A DNA stretch of 64,000 bases, taken from positions 1,064,506 to 1,128,505 of the forward strand of contig OX638316.1 of the NCBI GenBank assembly GCA_951812525.1, written 5' to 3'. The DNA is from an uncultured Poribacteria bacterium (lineage in GTDB: Bacteria; Poribacteria; WGA-4E; WGA-3G). Within the stretch, counting starts at the first letter, position 1. Every line of letters begins with the position of its first letter. Below, piece by piece: positions 46,195-55,084 of this stretch. The notes under the pieces were generated by a model. That model was not told the DNA's origin. It saw nothing but the letters and a program-made list of their open reading frames with translations, and did not search any database. Both the position numbers and the translations under genes were made by a program.

Positions 46195-47793
46195 CTATTT
46201 AGTCGTCGCGCTAAACCCGGCCTCTTTAACGATGTTGGCGAGGTCAGCGGCAGTGGCGGTATTCTTGCGGACTTTAATGATTGCCTGATTAGGGAGAGAA
46301 ACTTCAACGCTGATAACGCTTTCGTGTTGTGTAAGTGCACCCTGCACTTTTGCGACACAAGCACCTCACGTCATGCCTGTCACAACCAAAGCGACATCCT
46401 CGCTGCCCGCCGGCTCAATCGGTACAGACATAAAGGCGTTCAGTAGTTTTCCGGAAGCGGTGTCAAATATCCGAATCTTCCCGTCGAAACCGCCCGTAGC
46501 GAGTTGTTTGCCATCAGGATGGAACGAGACTGCGAAGACCCCAACCGCATCGCCCTGCATTGATGCCAAGCGCTTCCCGTCTTCTACGTTGTAGACACGC
46601 GCTTCGCCACCTGTGCAGCCGGTAGCAAAATGACTGCCGTCTGCTGAAAATGCGTAACCTTCAATTGAACCCGATTGCGCTTCATAGGCTTGGATGAGGT
46701 TAAAGTCAGTGTTGCCGACATCCCTTCGGATCTCGCGAAAAATTTTGTAAAGCCGTGGTATCCGATCTTCACCACCACTTAGCACCTGGTCTTTAGTCGG
46801 GTGTCGTGCGATGGTATTGATTTCGCCGTAACCTTTGTTACTGGAGTTGATGTCGTCAACAAAAGAGCCTGTGTTTACTTCAACTAATTTGAGAGCGGTA
46901 TCCCGTCCGGCACTCACGAAATGCGACCCATCAGTGGAGAAAATTGTCCCGAAGACCCAATCGCTGTGGTTATCGAATTTAATGAGTTCCTTTTCATCTG
47001 CAACGGAGAGCACACGCACAGTTTGATCTGAACATCCGAAAGCGATGCGGCTGGCATCTGGTGAGAAAGAGAGTCCGTACACGGTGTCATAACTGGAACG
47101 CATCGTTTTGATTAGGGTATTCGTTGCGGTATCCCAGAGTTGTATTTCGCCAAACTGCGCTGGTGAGCCACCTGCTACCCCTAATATCTTTCCATCCGTC
47201 GTATAAGTGAGCGATTCTATACGATGCGCTTTGCCGACCAAGCGCGCTTTGAGTTCAAAATTCGTTGTATCATACAATAAAACTTCGCGGAATCCTGAAA
47301 CTGCAAGCGTGCTGCCGTCGGGTGAATATGCGATAGCTGAGATCACAGGGGGTACTGTGTAGGTTGGATAGTTTCCTTCACCCATGTCATCGACTTCATC
47401 GGGTGTGTCATCGTTCGCGCCTTCAAGGATCCAACGTCGGAAAAGTTCTACTTCCTCAAGCGTGAGCGGTTCTTGATTCTGCGGCATTGCCGGTTCATCA
47501 CCAGAGATGAGTTTAATGATGAGACTTTCATCGGGTTTTCTTGTGATGATTGCCTCTCCCGCCATACCGCCCCGTTTTAGGTCGGCGTAGGTTGTCACAA
47601 TCAGGTCGCCATTCGGATCACCAGGGTGATGGCATCCTTGACAACTCCGTTTGAGAATGGGGACAATTTGTGCGTGGTAACTGACTGCTGAACCTGAAGC
47701 ATGATTGTCCGCAGTTACAAACGGGCTCCATACTACAAAACAGAACAGGGACACTGCTAAATGAATTATAAACCTCGATCGCGATTTATTCAT
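46195..47793 (-). CDS. Signal peptide / PSCyt1 (CxxCH) / WD40 beta-propeller / C-terminal HMA domain protein. The ORF is interrupted by an in-frame UGA (46366..46368) exactly at the first Cys of the HMA motif, so it is either a candidate selenoprotein (M-T-U-G-A-C) or a pseudogene.
   Basis: Start MNKSRSRF (ATG at 47791-47793). CQGCHHPGDPNG matches PSCyt1. WD-like repeats throughout. Through the UGA the frame continues as GMT-U-GACVAKVQGALTQHESVISVEVSLPNQAIIKVRKNTATAADLANIVKEAGFSATTK to a stop at 46195, a canonical HMA fold if the UGA is Cys or Sec. Confidence 0.5.
46327..46360 (-). promoter_or_regulatory. SECIS-like stem-loop starting 6 nt 3' of the in-frame UGA.
   Basis: RNA: UUGUGU-CGCAAAA-GUGCA-GGG-UGCAC-UU-ACACAA. 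This gives 6+5 bp of stem with an internal bulge and a G-rich apical loop, and the apical G lies about 25 nt from the UGA. Confidence 0.4.
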
Positions 47794-48024
47794 ATTGTCG
47801 AAAACCTCCCACCCGTTACGGTGCGGTTCTATAATAAGCTGCGCCAAGAATGTCGTGGTTAACATATTTTTGCAATAATTATATCACATTTTCACAATGA
47901 AATTCAAGAAAAAAATCGTGTCAAATATTTCCGGTTGACATCTGTTGAAATATAGGATATACTTCTTTTGGCTAGTATGAAGGCAATATACTCTTAGGAA
48001 ATATAATTTAAGGAGATTTTTTTC

Positions 48025-48642
48025 ATGAAAACAGATTTAGGACGTAAACCACAGATTTCCTACATTGGAGGTCTCGTCTTAGCGTTACTCATCATCGGTT
48101 TCACTCACAGCGGACAGCTCGCAGACGCGGCGAACGCGTATGAAATTGACACTGCCCATTCAATGATAATCTTTCGCGCAAAACACAAAGGTATCACTTA
48201 TAACTACGGCAGGTTTAATGAGTTCACCGGCGGGATCACGATGGATGAAACCGATATATCCAAAAGCACCGTGGAATTTGAAGTAAAAACGGCAAGTGTT
48301 GATACTGCCAACAACAAACGCGATCAGCACCTCAGAAGCCCCGACTTTTTCAGCGCGAAGCAGTTTCCGGTCATTACCTTCAAAAGCACATCGGTAAGCA
48401 TGAAGGAAGGAAAAGAAGATGTGCTGGCGGTTACGGGTGATCTTGAACTACTCGGCGTTAAGAAATCTATCACAGTAGATGTTGCAATTACAGGAAAAGG
48501 CACAGGACAACAGGGAGAATCTGTGATCGGATTCGAGAGCGTCTTTACGATTAAGCGGAGCGAATTCGGCATGACTTACGGGGCAGCAGCAGTCAGCGAC
48601 GATATCCGCCTTACCGTTACCATTGAAGCGAAGCAGAAATAG
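48025..48642 (+). CDS. YceI-like (polyisoprenoid-binding) periplasmic protein.
   Basis: Signal peptide. YEIDTAHSMIIFRAKHKGITYNYGRFNEFTG is the YceI family signature. RBS AAGGAG. Confidence 0.8.
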   Translation: MKTDLGRKPQISYIGGLVLALLIIGFTHSGQLADAANAYEIDTAHSMIIFRAKHKGITYNYGRFNEFTGGITMDETDISKSTVEFEVKTASVDTANNKRDQHLRSPDFFSAKQFPVITFKSTSVSMKEGKEDVLAVTGDLELLGVKKSITVDVAITGKGTGQQGESVIGFESVFTIKRSEFGMTYGAAAVSDDIRLTVTIEAKQK

Positions 48643-48786
48643 AAATACCTACGGGTCACCAAACTGGGTAAACAGCTTTTGAGGTAGTATTAGAGTGACG
48701 TATGAATAGACTTTATACGTCCCGATTTACTGTTGGCGTGCTTTTTAAGCGCGCCATCCCATAAAGCACATAGTAGGATAGCAGCA

Positions 48787-49704
48787 ATGTTACCGTCACC
48801 GATTGACCTTAAACAACTTTTTTTCGGCTTACTCCTACCAACCATTATCGGCGGTGGGATCCTTATATTAGCGAGATCCTTTTCTCCCAAAGAATATGCA
48901 ACTGATAGATACGAAAGAGGACAAGATGGATTTACGGGATGGCTGATCGCTGTCGCACTGGGTGCTGGCTATATAGTTGGCTATCTCGGTCTGGAAGGGT
49001 TACCAGCATTTCCGCCCCAACTCGGAACACATTGGCTCTGTTATCTGGCTATTATCGGGTTGATTGTTGGGGGTTTTTGGCATTTGCCGGTGTGGGGACC
49101 GATAGCACAGGTATTACTTTCTATTATTATACCGCGCCTCCTCCTAACTACAACATTTAAGTACACATGGGGACCCATTGTAGGAATTATCTGGTGGGTG
49201 CTCCTCGCTGTTGCTATTTTTATTTTTTGGCATCTCGTAGAACAGAGCTTTAGTGCACTCCCGTCTGGTGCGTCCAGTCCGTTTGTTTACTTTGGACTTT
49301 GTGGTGGAACTGCCTTAATTCTCGCACTTTCAGGAAGTTTGCGGTTGGCACAACACTGTGGGATTTTAGTGGCACTTTTCGCAGCGAGTTGGATTATTAC
49401 ACTCGTTCTACAGCGGGACAGGAAACGGTTCGTTTTTCCACGCGGCACCTCGCCGGTTATGACACTCCTACTCATTGGCATCTGGATGAACGGTTATTTC
49501 TTTGCAGAGGTACCAGCGGCGAGTGCTATTTTGTTGGCGATCTCACCCCTTTTAGCACAGGTCGGACGGATAGAGGCAGTTCAGGGATTCGGTGCACGGC
49601 GTTCTGCACTTGTTCAGATAGCAGCCATCGCGCTCCCAGTCATTATAGCCATAGGTGTTGCTGTTGCACGTTCTGGTTTCTTCGGTGACAACAGCGGTTA
49701 CTAA
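48787..49704 (+). CDS. Polytopic membrane protein, hypothetical.
   Basis: 8-9 hydrophobic helices. The start was chosen at MLPSPIDL because the earlier ATG at 48733 overlaps the palindromic hairpin. Confidence 0.5.
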   Translation: MLPSPIDLKQLFFGLLLPTIIGGGILILARSFSPKEYATDRYERGQDGFTGWLIAVALGAGYIVGYLGLEGLPAFPPQLGTHWLCYLAIIGLIVGGFWHLPVWGPIAQVLLSIIIPRLLLTTTFKYTWGPIVGIIWWVLLAVAIFIFWHLVEQSFSALPSGASSPFVYFGLCGGTALILALSGSLRLAQHCGILVALFAASWIITLVLQRDRKRFVFPRGTSPVMTLLLIGIWMNGYFFAEVPAASAILLAISPLLAQVGRIEAVQGFGARRSALVQIAAIALPVIIAIGVAVARSGFFGDNSGY

Positions 49705-49852
49705 TAGACCGAACAAACAATAGAAGAGTTTGTCTAATATACCTAAGGGTAATTTTGGAAAGAGCAGTACCTGGGGAGAAATGGCTTGTTTGGACGAAAA
49801 CAGATTTAATTTGTCTTCTCGGTTGTGGTAAAAGAAAAAATCGGAGGTAAAC

Positions 49853-52800
49853 ATGGGTTCGGCACGGAATATAAATTTTCTTATCATAGCGTTTCTGTTT
49901 GGTATCTCGATCTTGCTTAACGGCTGTGTGAAGATGGAAGCGACCCGGAAGGCGGATTGGGAGACGCATTTCACAGACCTGCACTTCGTCGATCAAAAAC
50001 GAGGATGGATTGTCGGGGAACAGGGATTAATCATCCACACGGCAGATGGCGGAAAAACGTGGAAGCAACAGGAAGTTGACACAACAGGAGTTGGATATCG
50101 GATGCCCGATGCTTCCTTAGATTTCAAAGCCGTCTATTTTACGAACACGAACTACGGATGGGCAGTTGGCGATGAAGGATTAGTTGCGACAACTGACGAC
50201 GGTGGTAAACATTGGACGCTACAACGGAGCGGCACCTCCGCCATGCTCCTTGATGTGTATTTTGCCAATTCAAAAGAGGGCTGGATTGTTGGAGAAGATT
50301 CCGATGTGCTCTATACTAAGAATGGCGGAAAAGAGTGGAAACGTTACGAGTACGTCAGCGAGTTTATGCTCAACGGGGTCTGGTTCGTTGATAATTCAAG
50401 AGGGTGGGTCGTTGGAACCCACGATAGGATCCTCCATACCCAAACAGGTGGTGAGTCGTGGCGAGAGCAAAGCAACCGCTTTGAAGGTGAACGCGATCGG
50501 ATGATTAATGACAATAAACAAATCTTCTTCGTTAGCGATAATGAAGGTTGGATTGTTGGCAGTGACGGTTCTATTTTTCATACAACCACAGGTGGTATAA
50601 ACTGGGAACGTCAAGATAGCCGTATTCCTCTGATTAATGGACACGTCCGAGATACCATTAATAGTATACATTTCACGGATGAAAACTACGGAGTCGCTGT
50701 GGCAGATGTCGGTTTTATCACCCGTACCCAAAATGGTGGCGACAACTGGCAATTAATGGAGAGCGGTACTGAAAACAATTTGACCGGCGTTCAGTTTACC
50801 ACACCGCAAGAGGCATGGGCGGTTGGATGGTACGGTACGATCCTGCACACAACAGACGCTGGCGCGACATGGGAAATGACAAGCGGTACGACTGCAAACG
50901 ACTTACAGAATGTCCAGTTTACTAATGCGAATCGCGCAATCGCAGTCGGTAGGCGCGGCACTATGGCAATGAGTAACGATGGAGGTCAGACCTGGAACGA
51001 AATTGAGACGGATATCTGGGACGGCATCTGGAACATCTATTTTGCTACCGACAAACATGGCTGGGCAGTCGGTGAACGCGGACTCATTGTCCATACCAAC
51101 GATGGTGGTTTAAATTGGGAACGTCAGCGTAGCAATTCGGCATTTACGCTCCGTTCCGTTCACTTTATTAGCCCTCAAGTCGGTTGGGCTGTCGGGGACA
51201 TGGGAAGCATTCTACACACAATTGATGGCGGACAAACGTGGCTTCCGCAAACCGCTGTTGGGGACTTCCTTTCTCTCATGCTACACGGGGTATTTTTCCT
51301 CGATGACAAGAAGGGCTGGGCTATCGGATGGCCCGGTGTTTGCCTTGCGACTGAAGATGGTGGTTTGAGTTGGACCCAGCAGACAACAGGGACTTTTAAT
51401 GAACTCTACGCCGTTTACTTCACTGACGAAAACACAGGATGGATTGTCGGACAGTTTGGCGAAATTTTACATACAAAGAACGGCGGCGAAAGATGGAGCT
51501 TCCAGCGTAGCGGCACACAAGCAAATCTCAATAAACTCTATTTCGCTGGTGCTCAGCACGGATTAATCGTCGGTGATAGCGGTGTGATGCTCACGACCGT
51601 TAACGGCGGGACAAAATGGGAACTCCAAGAGAGCGGTACCGACAACGATCTGTACGGGTTAGCACTCTCCCCCGACGGCGTTGTAGCAGTGGGTAAGGGT
51701 GGCATTGCAATGCGGTACTCTGTTGAAGAAGCGGAATTGCCAGCGAAATTACCACCAGTCGCCGAAGAGGTGGAGATTGTCACTGCTGAAGAGGACATTG
51801 AAGTTGAACCTATTGTTTACCACTGGGACATTCTCCGCCAAGCAACTTGGAGAACTAACTTTGCCGATACTCATTTTATAGATGCGCAAAACGGATGGGC
51901 GGTCGGTTCCGGTGGTGCGATTGCCCATACCACAGATGGTGGGAAAACGTGGCACCCACAACATAGTGGTGTCAGTGAAGATCTGCGAGACGTGGAATTC
52001 GTTGACGAAAAACATGGGCGAATCCTTGGTGCCAGTATCTTACTTCAGACCGAAGACAGCGGTGAAACGTGGCAGCCAATTCTTCAAGCAACTAAGCAGA
52101 ACCTCCCGCGCGTTAGCACAATGCACTTCCTAAACGCGGAAGAAGGATGGCTCGGTGCTACGATTGGGCAAATCTTACACACCACTGACGGTGGGAAAAC
52201 GTGGAAGATCCAGAAAACTGGAACCACCATGGCAAATATCACCGATATTCACTTTATCAATAGTCAGGTCGGATGGGCGGTCACACCCCAACGTCGAGAT
52301 GGTGGATTTATTCTCCACACCGTTGATGGTGGTGATTATTGGAAAATTCAGGCAAAGACAAACCAAGCCGGTGTTGCTGTTCACTTTGCTGACGAAAACC
52401 GCGGTTGGGTAATTCTCGGTAACGGTAGCTCCTTACTAAGTGAAGATGGCGGCGAAACGTGGAGATTGCAAACTACAAGCCAAAGCACAAGCCGTTTACG
52501 AAATATCACCTTCCACTCTCATACAGCGGCATGGGCACTCGGTGGCGGCGGCACTTATGTCACCAATGATCAGGGGCTAACTTGGAAGTCGGTTCCGGTC
52601 GATACGGGAGATGAGGGCGGCGATAATATGCTCGCCATGGGAGAATTTAATCCGTTTTTACCCGAAGGATTTGAATTGGAATCCGAAGAATCCGAAGAGC
52701 CAGAAGAAGAGGTTTCGGACGGACCGACGCTAACATACGACGAAACGCCGGAGGAAATTCAAAATAGACTTCGGGCAGAGTGGCAGCGTCCAGGACGCCT

Positions 52801-53929
52801 TGCACCTGAGGGTGAACTCCCACCTAACGCCGAACGTGCCACATCACCTGAATCAACACAGCAACAAGCACCGCCACCTGAACCTGAACGAGGGTTCAGA
52901 CGACGCGGCGGTCGCCGCATCGCCAGTGTATACTTCCTCGATACAGAACTCGCATGGGCAGTTGGCAGTGGAGGTAGTATCTACCACACTACAGATGGTG
53001 GAGAAACATGGGAACGTCAACTCGGTGAAGCGCAACGCAACGATTTCCGAGAAGTCCTTTTTTACGATGACAAAATCGGTTGGATAGCTGGGGATAGCGG
53101 TGTCTTATTAGAAACCCAAGACGGTGGACAGACATGGGAATCGCTCTCAAGCCAAACGCGTCAACGTCTTATCGGTATACACTTTGCCAGCCTCGAACCG
53201 AAATGGGGTTGGACAATGCAACGCGATGGCACCGTTCTCTATACCACAGACGGCGCAATCTGGACAGCGGGCGACACTCCCGAACAACCGCCATTCATGG
53301 AAGGCGATTCTCCCGGAACATTCTCGCTGAACGATGTTGATTTTGGAAAGTTCTCTGAAGGCTGGGCTGTCGGTAGAATGGGATACATCATCCATAACAA
53401 AGATGGTGGTCCGACGTGGACACCACAACGAACCACTGCAAACGACACACTCACGGATGTGGATATGTCATTCGCTCCCCTCGGTTGGGCTGTCGGACAG
53501 GCTGGCGTGACGCAACGAACCATCAACGGCGGTGAGTATTGGCGAATGCACGAGACTAAGTCTAATTACGATCTTAATGCTGTTTCATTTATCGCCAAAC
53601 GGACAGGATGGGCGGCTGGTGAAGCCGGTATTATCCTAAAGAGTACCGACGGCGGCTTTAACTGGGAACCTAAGTTGACCGGCGTTAACAAAACGCTCCA
53701 CGGTATCATCGCACTCTCTGAAAAGGAGATTTATGCGGTCGGCGAAGAGGGCATCATTATTCGCTCAACCGACGGCGGTGAAACGTGGGAACAGGAACAC
53801 ACCGATATTGATAACAATCTCTATGTTATTACGCGTTCCAAGGACGGTAAAGCGTTATGGGTTGTTGGGCAGTGGGGTGTCGTCCTCCGCCGGAAATTAG
53901 AGACGCAAGAACGGATGTCAATGCGCTAA
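49853..53929 (+). CDS. Giant (1358 aa) lipoprotein built from about 27 BNR/Asp-box (Ycf48-like) beta-propeller blades in three blocks. The blocks are separated by acidic/Pro-rich linkers.
   Basis: Lipobox LLNGC. Repeated (T/S)xDGGxTW motifs about every 44 aa: GGKTWKQQ, GGKHWTLQ, GGESWREQ, GGINWERQ, GGQTWNEI, GGLNWERQ, GGERWSFQ, GGTKWELQ, GGKTWHPQ, GGETWRLQ, GGETWERQ, GGPTWTPQ, GGFNWEPK, GGETWEQE and others. Linker EESEEPEEEVSDGP...PPPEPERGFRRRGGRR. Confidence 0.8.
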   Translation: MGSARNINFLIIAFLFGISILLNGCVKMEATRKADWETHFTDLHFVDQKRGWIVGEQGLIIHTADGGKTWKQQEVDTTGVGYRMPDASLDFKAVYFTNTNYGWAVGDEGLVATTDDGGKHWTLQRSGTSAMLLDVYFANSKEGWIVGEDSDVLYTKNGGKEWKRYEYVSEFMLNGVWFVDNSRGWVVGTHDRILHTQTGGESWREQSNRFEGERDRMINDNKQIFFVSDNEGWIVGSDGSIFHTTTGGINWERQDSRIPLINGHVRDTINSIHFTDENYGVAVADVGFITRTQNGGDNWQLMESGTENNLTGVQFTTPQEAWAVGWYGTILHTTDAGATWEMTSGTTANDLQNVQFTNANRAIAVGRRGTMAMSNDGGQTWNEIETDIWDGIWNIYFATDKHGWAVGERGLIVHTNDGGLNWERQRSNSAFTLRSVHFISPQVGWAVGDMGSILHTIDGGQTWLPQTAVGDFLSLMLHGVFFLDDKKGWAIGWPGVCLATEDGGLSWTQQTTGTFNELYAVYFTDENTGWIVGQFGEILHTKNGGERWSFQRSGTQANLNKLYFAGAQHGLIVGDSGVMLTTVNGGTKWELQESGTDNDLYGLALSPDGVVAVGKGGIAMRYSVEEAELPAKLPPVAEEVEIVTAEEDIEVEPIVYHWDILRQATWRTNFADTHFIDAQNGWAVGSGGAIAHTTDGGKTWHPQHSGVSEDLRDVEFVDEKHGRILGASILLQTEDSGETWQPILQATKQNLPRVSTMHFLNAEEGWLGATIGQILHTTDGGKTWKIQKTGTTMANITDIHFINSQVGWAVTPQRRDGGFILHTVDGGDYWKIQAKTNQAGVAVHFADENRGWVILGNGSSLLSEDGGETWRLQTTSQSTSRLRNITFHSHTAAWALGGGGTYVTNDQGLTWKSVPVDTGDEGGDNMLAMGEFNPFLPEGFELESEESEEPEEEVSDGPTLTYDETPEEIQNRLRAEWQRPGRLAPEGELPPNAERATSPESTQQQAPPPEPERGFRRRGGRRIASVYFLDTELAWAVGSGGSIYHTTDGGETWERQLGEAQRNDFREVLFYDDKIGWIAGDSGVLLETQDGGQTWESLSSQTRQRLIGIHFASLEPKWGWTMQRDGTVLYTTDGAIWTAGDTPEQPPFMEGDSPGTFSLNDVDFGKFSEGWAVGRMGYIIHNKDGGPTWTPQRTTANDTLTDVDMSFAPLGWAVGQAGVTQRTINGGEYWRMHETKSNYDLNAVSFIAKRTGWAAGEAGIILKSTDGGFNWEPKLTGVNKTLHGIIALSEKEIYAVGEEGIIIRSTDGGETWEQEHTDIDNNLYVITRSKDGKALWVVGQWGVVLRRKLETQERMSMR

Positions 53930-54091
53930 GTTGCGCGATTTGAACATGTATGGACAGGCACCGTGTCTATTCGCCGTCACGGTGCCGTGGTTCCAAAAAA
54001 TTTGACCTCTTGAATCTGACTTGTTAAACTCTACACTAAAGTTTACACGCGTTACAGGTCGAAGCCCGTTAATAAGGAATCAGACCGAAAA

Positions 54092-55072
54092 ATGAAATCA
54101 AAATCCAGCAAAGCACTGCTTATTTCGGTTCTACTGCACGCCGGTGTTGGTGTGCTCGGACTCTTCTACTGGTTCGGTACGAACCCACAACGAAATACTG
54201 ACAGTATTAATGCCCTGCTCATCACGGAAGAAAAACCGAAAGTCAGGCGCGTCCCACGTCGCAAACGCGTACAGGTCATGCAGAAAAGGACCCGCGATAC
54301 CAACCAACCGCGTTTGAAAATCCTCACAAGCAATCAGCCTGCTACCAACCGTGGGGTCGTCTCCGCATCGGAACCGGCACCCTTCCAAGCATTCGACAGT
54401 AACGACTTAAGCGAACCCGTCGGACCGACTTCAACAACTGTCGAATTTGACGACACACCACGTGTGCAAAGGGTTATCGAACGCCCTTTCAAAAAACAAC
54501 CGAAAAACAGAGAACGTCCCAAGAGTAGACTAGTAAAGTTCATTGAAGCACAAGACGGACCGCAGCGTATTGTCTACTGCGTCGATCTCTCTACGAGCAT
54601 GCAAAATCTCCCACCGCACAAACTCAAACGGGTCATAGACCTTATGCGAGATTCACTCACCTTCCTTGAAACACACGATAGTTTCAATATCGTGGCGTTC
54701 AGCACGGAGTTAATCGTTTACCAAGAAGGTTTTGTCCCTGTAACTGAGCAGACAGTTGCTGCATCATCAAATTACCTCCGCAATATCAAATCCCAAATCC
54801 ACACAAAAGGGACCGACCACGATATGCTAAGTGCCTTGACAGAGACTGCGAAGATAGCACCTACCATTGTTGTACTTTTTAGCGATGGCATTCCTACCAC
54901 GATTGCCGGAACAGATCTTAACCTCGTCGGCGAACATGCTACAGGCAACGGACGTATTTTCGCTATGGGGACCGGAATGGCACCTAATTTCCCCGGGGCA
55001 GTGATGCTGAAGCAACTCGCCACCGTCAGCAAAGGCGACCTTTGGCTTGTTGATAGAGTACGCAGAAGATAA
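54092..55072 (+). CDS. Membrane-anchored von Willebrand factor A (VWA) domain protein.
   Basis: N-terminal TM helix, basic/Pro-rich linker, then a VWA domain with the MIDAS motif DLSTS (IVYCVDLSTSM). Confidence 0.7.
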   Translation: MKSKSSKALLISVLLHAGVGVLGLFYWFGTNPQRNTDSINALLITEEKPKVRRVPRRKRVQVMQKRTRDTNQPRLKILTSNQPATNRGVVSASEPAPFQAFDSNDLSEPVGPTSTTVEFDDTPRVQRVIERPFKKQPKNRERPKSRLVKFIEAQDGPQRIVYCVDLSTSMQNLPPHKLKRVIDLMRDSLTFLETHDSFNIVAFSTELIVYQEGFVPVTEQTVAASSNYLRNIKSQIHTKGTDHDMLSALTETAKIAPTIVVLFSDGIPTTIAGTDLNLVGEHATGNGRIFAMGTGMAPNFPGAVMLKQLATVSKGDLWLVDRVRRR

Positions 55073-55084
55073 GAGGTAAATTGC

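Noticed and set aside
46126-46446. Plus-strand ORF of 106 aa
   Set aside because: It is antisense to the HMA-domain frame and SECIS-like region and has no RBS. The HMA frame on the minus strand gives a far better protein match.
47794-48024. Possible replication origin at the minus-to-plus strand switch
   Set aside because: The region is AT-rich and divergent, but I could find no convincing DnaA boxes (only TTATATCACA/TTTTCACAA near-matches) and no dnaA/dnaN nearby. Divergent promoters are the likelier explanation.
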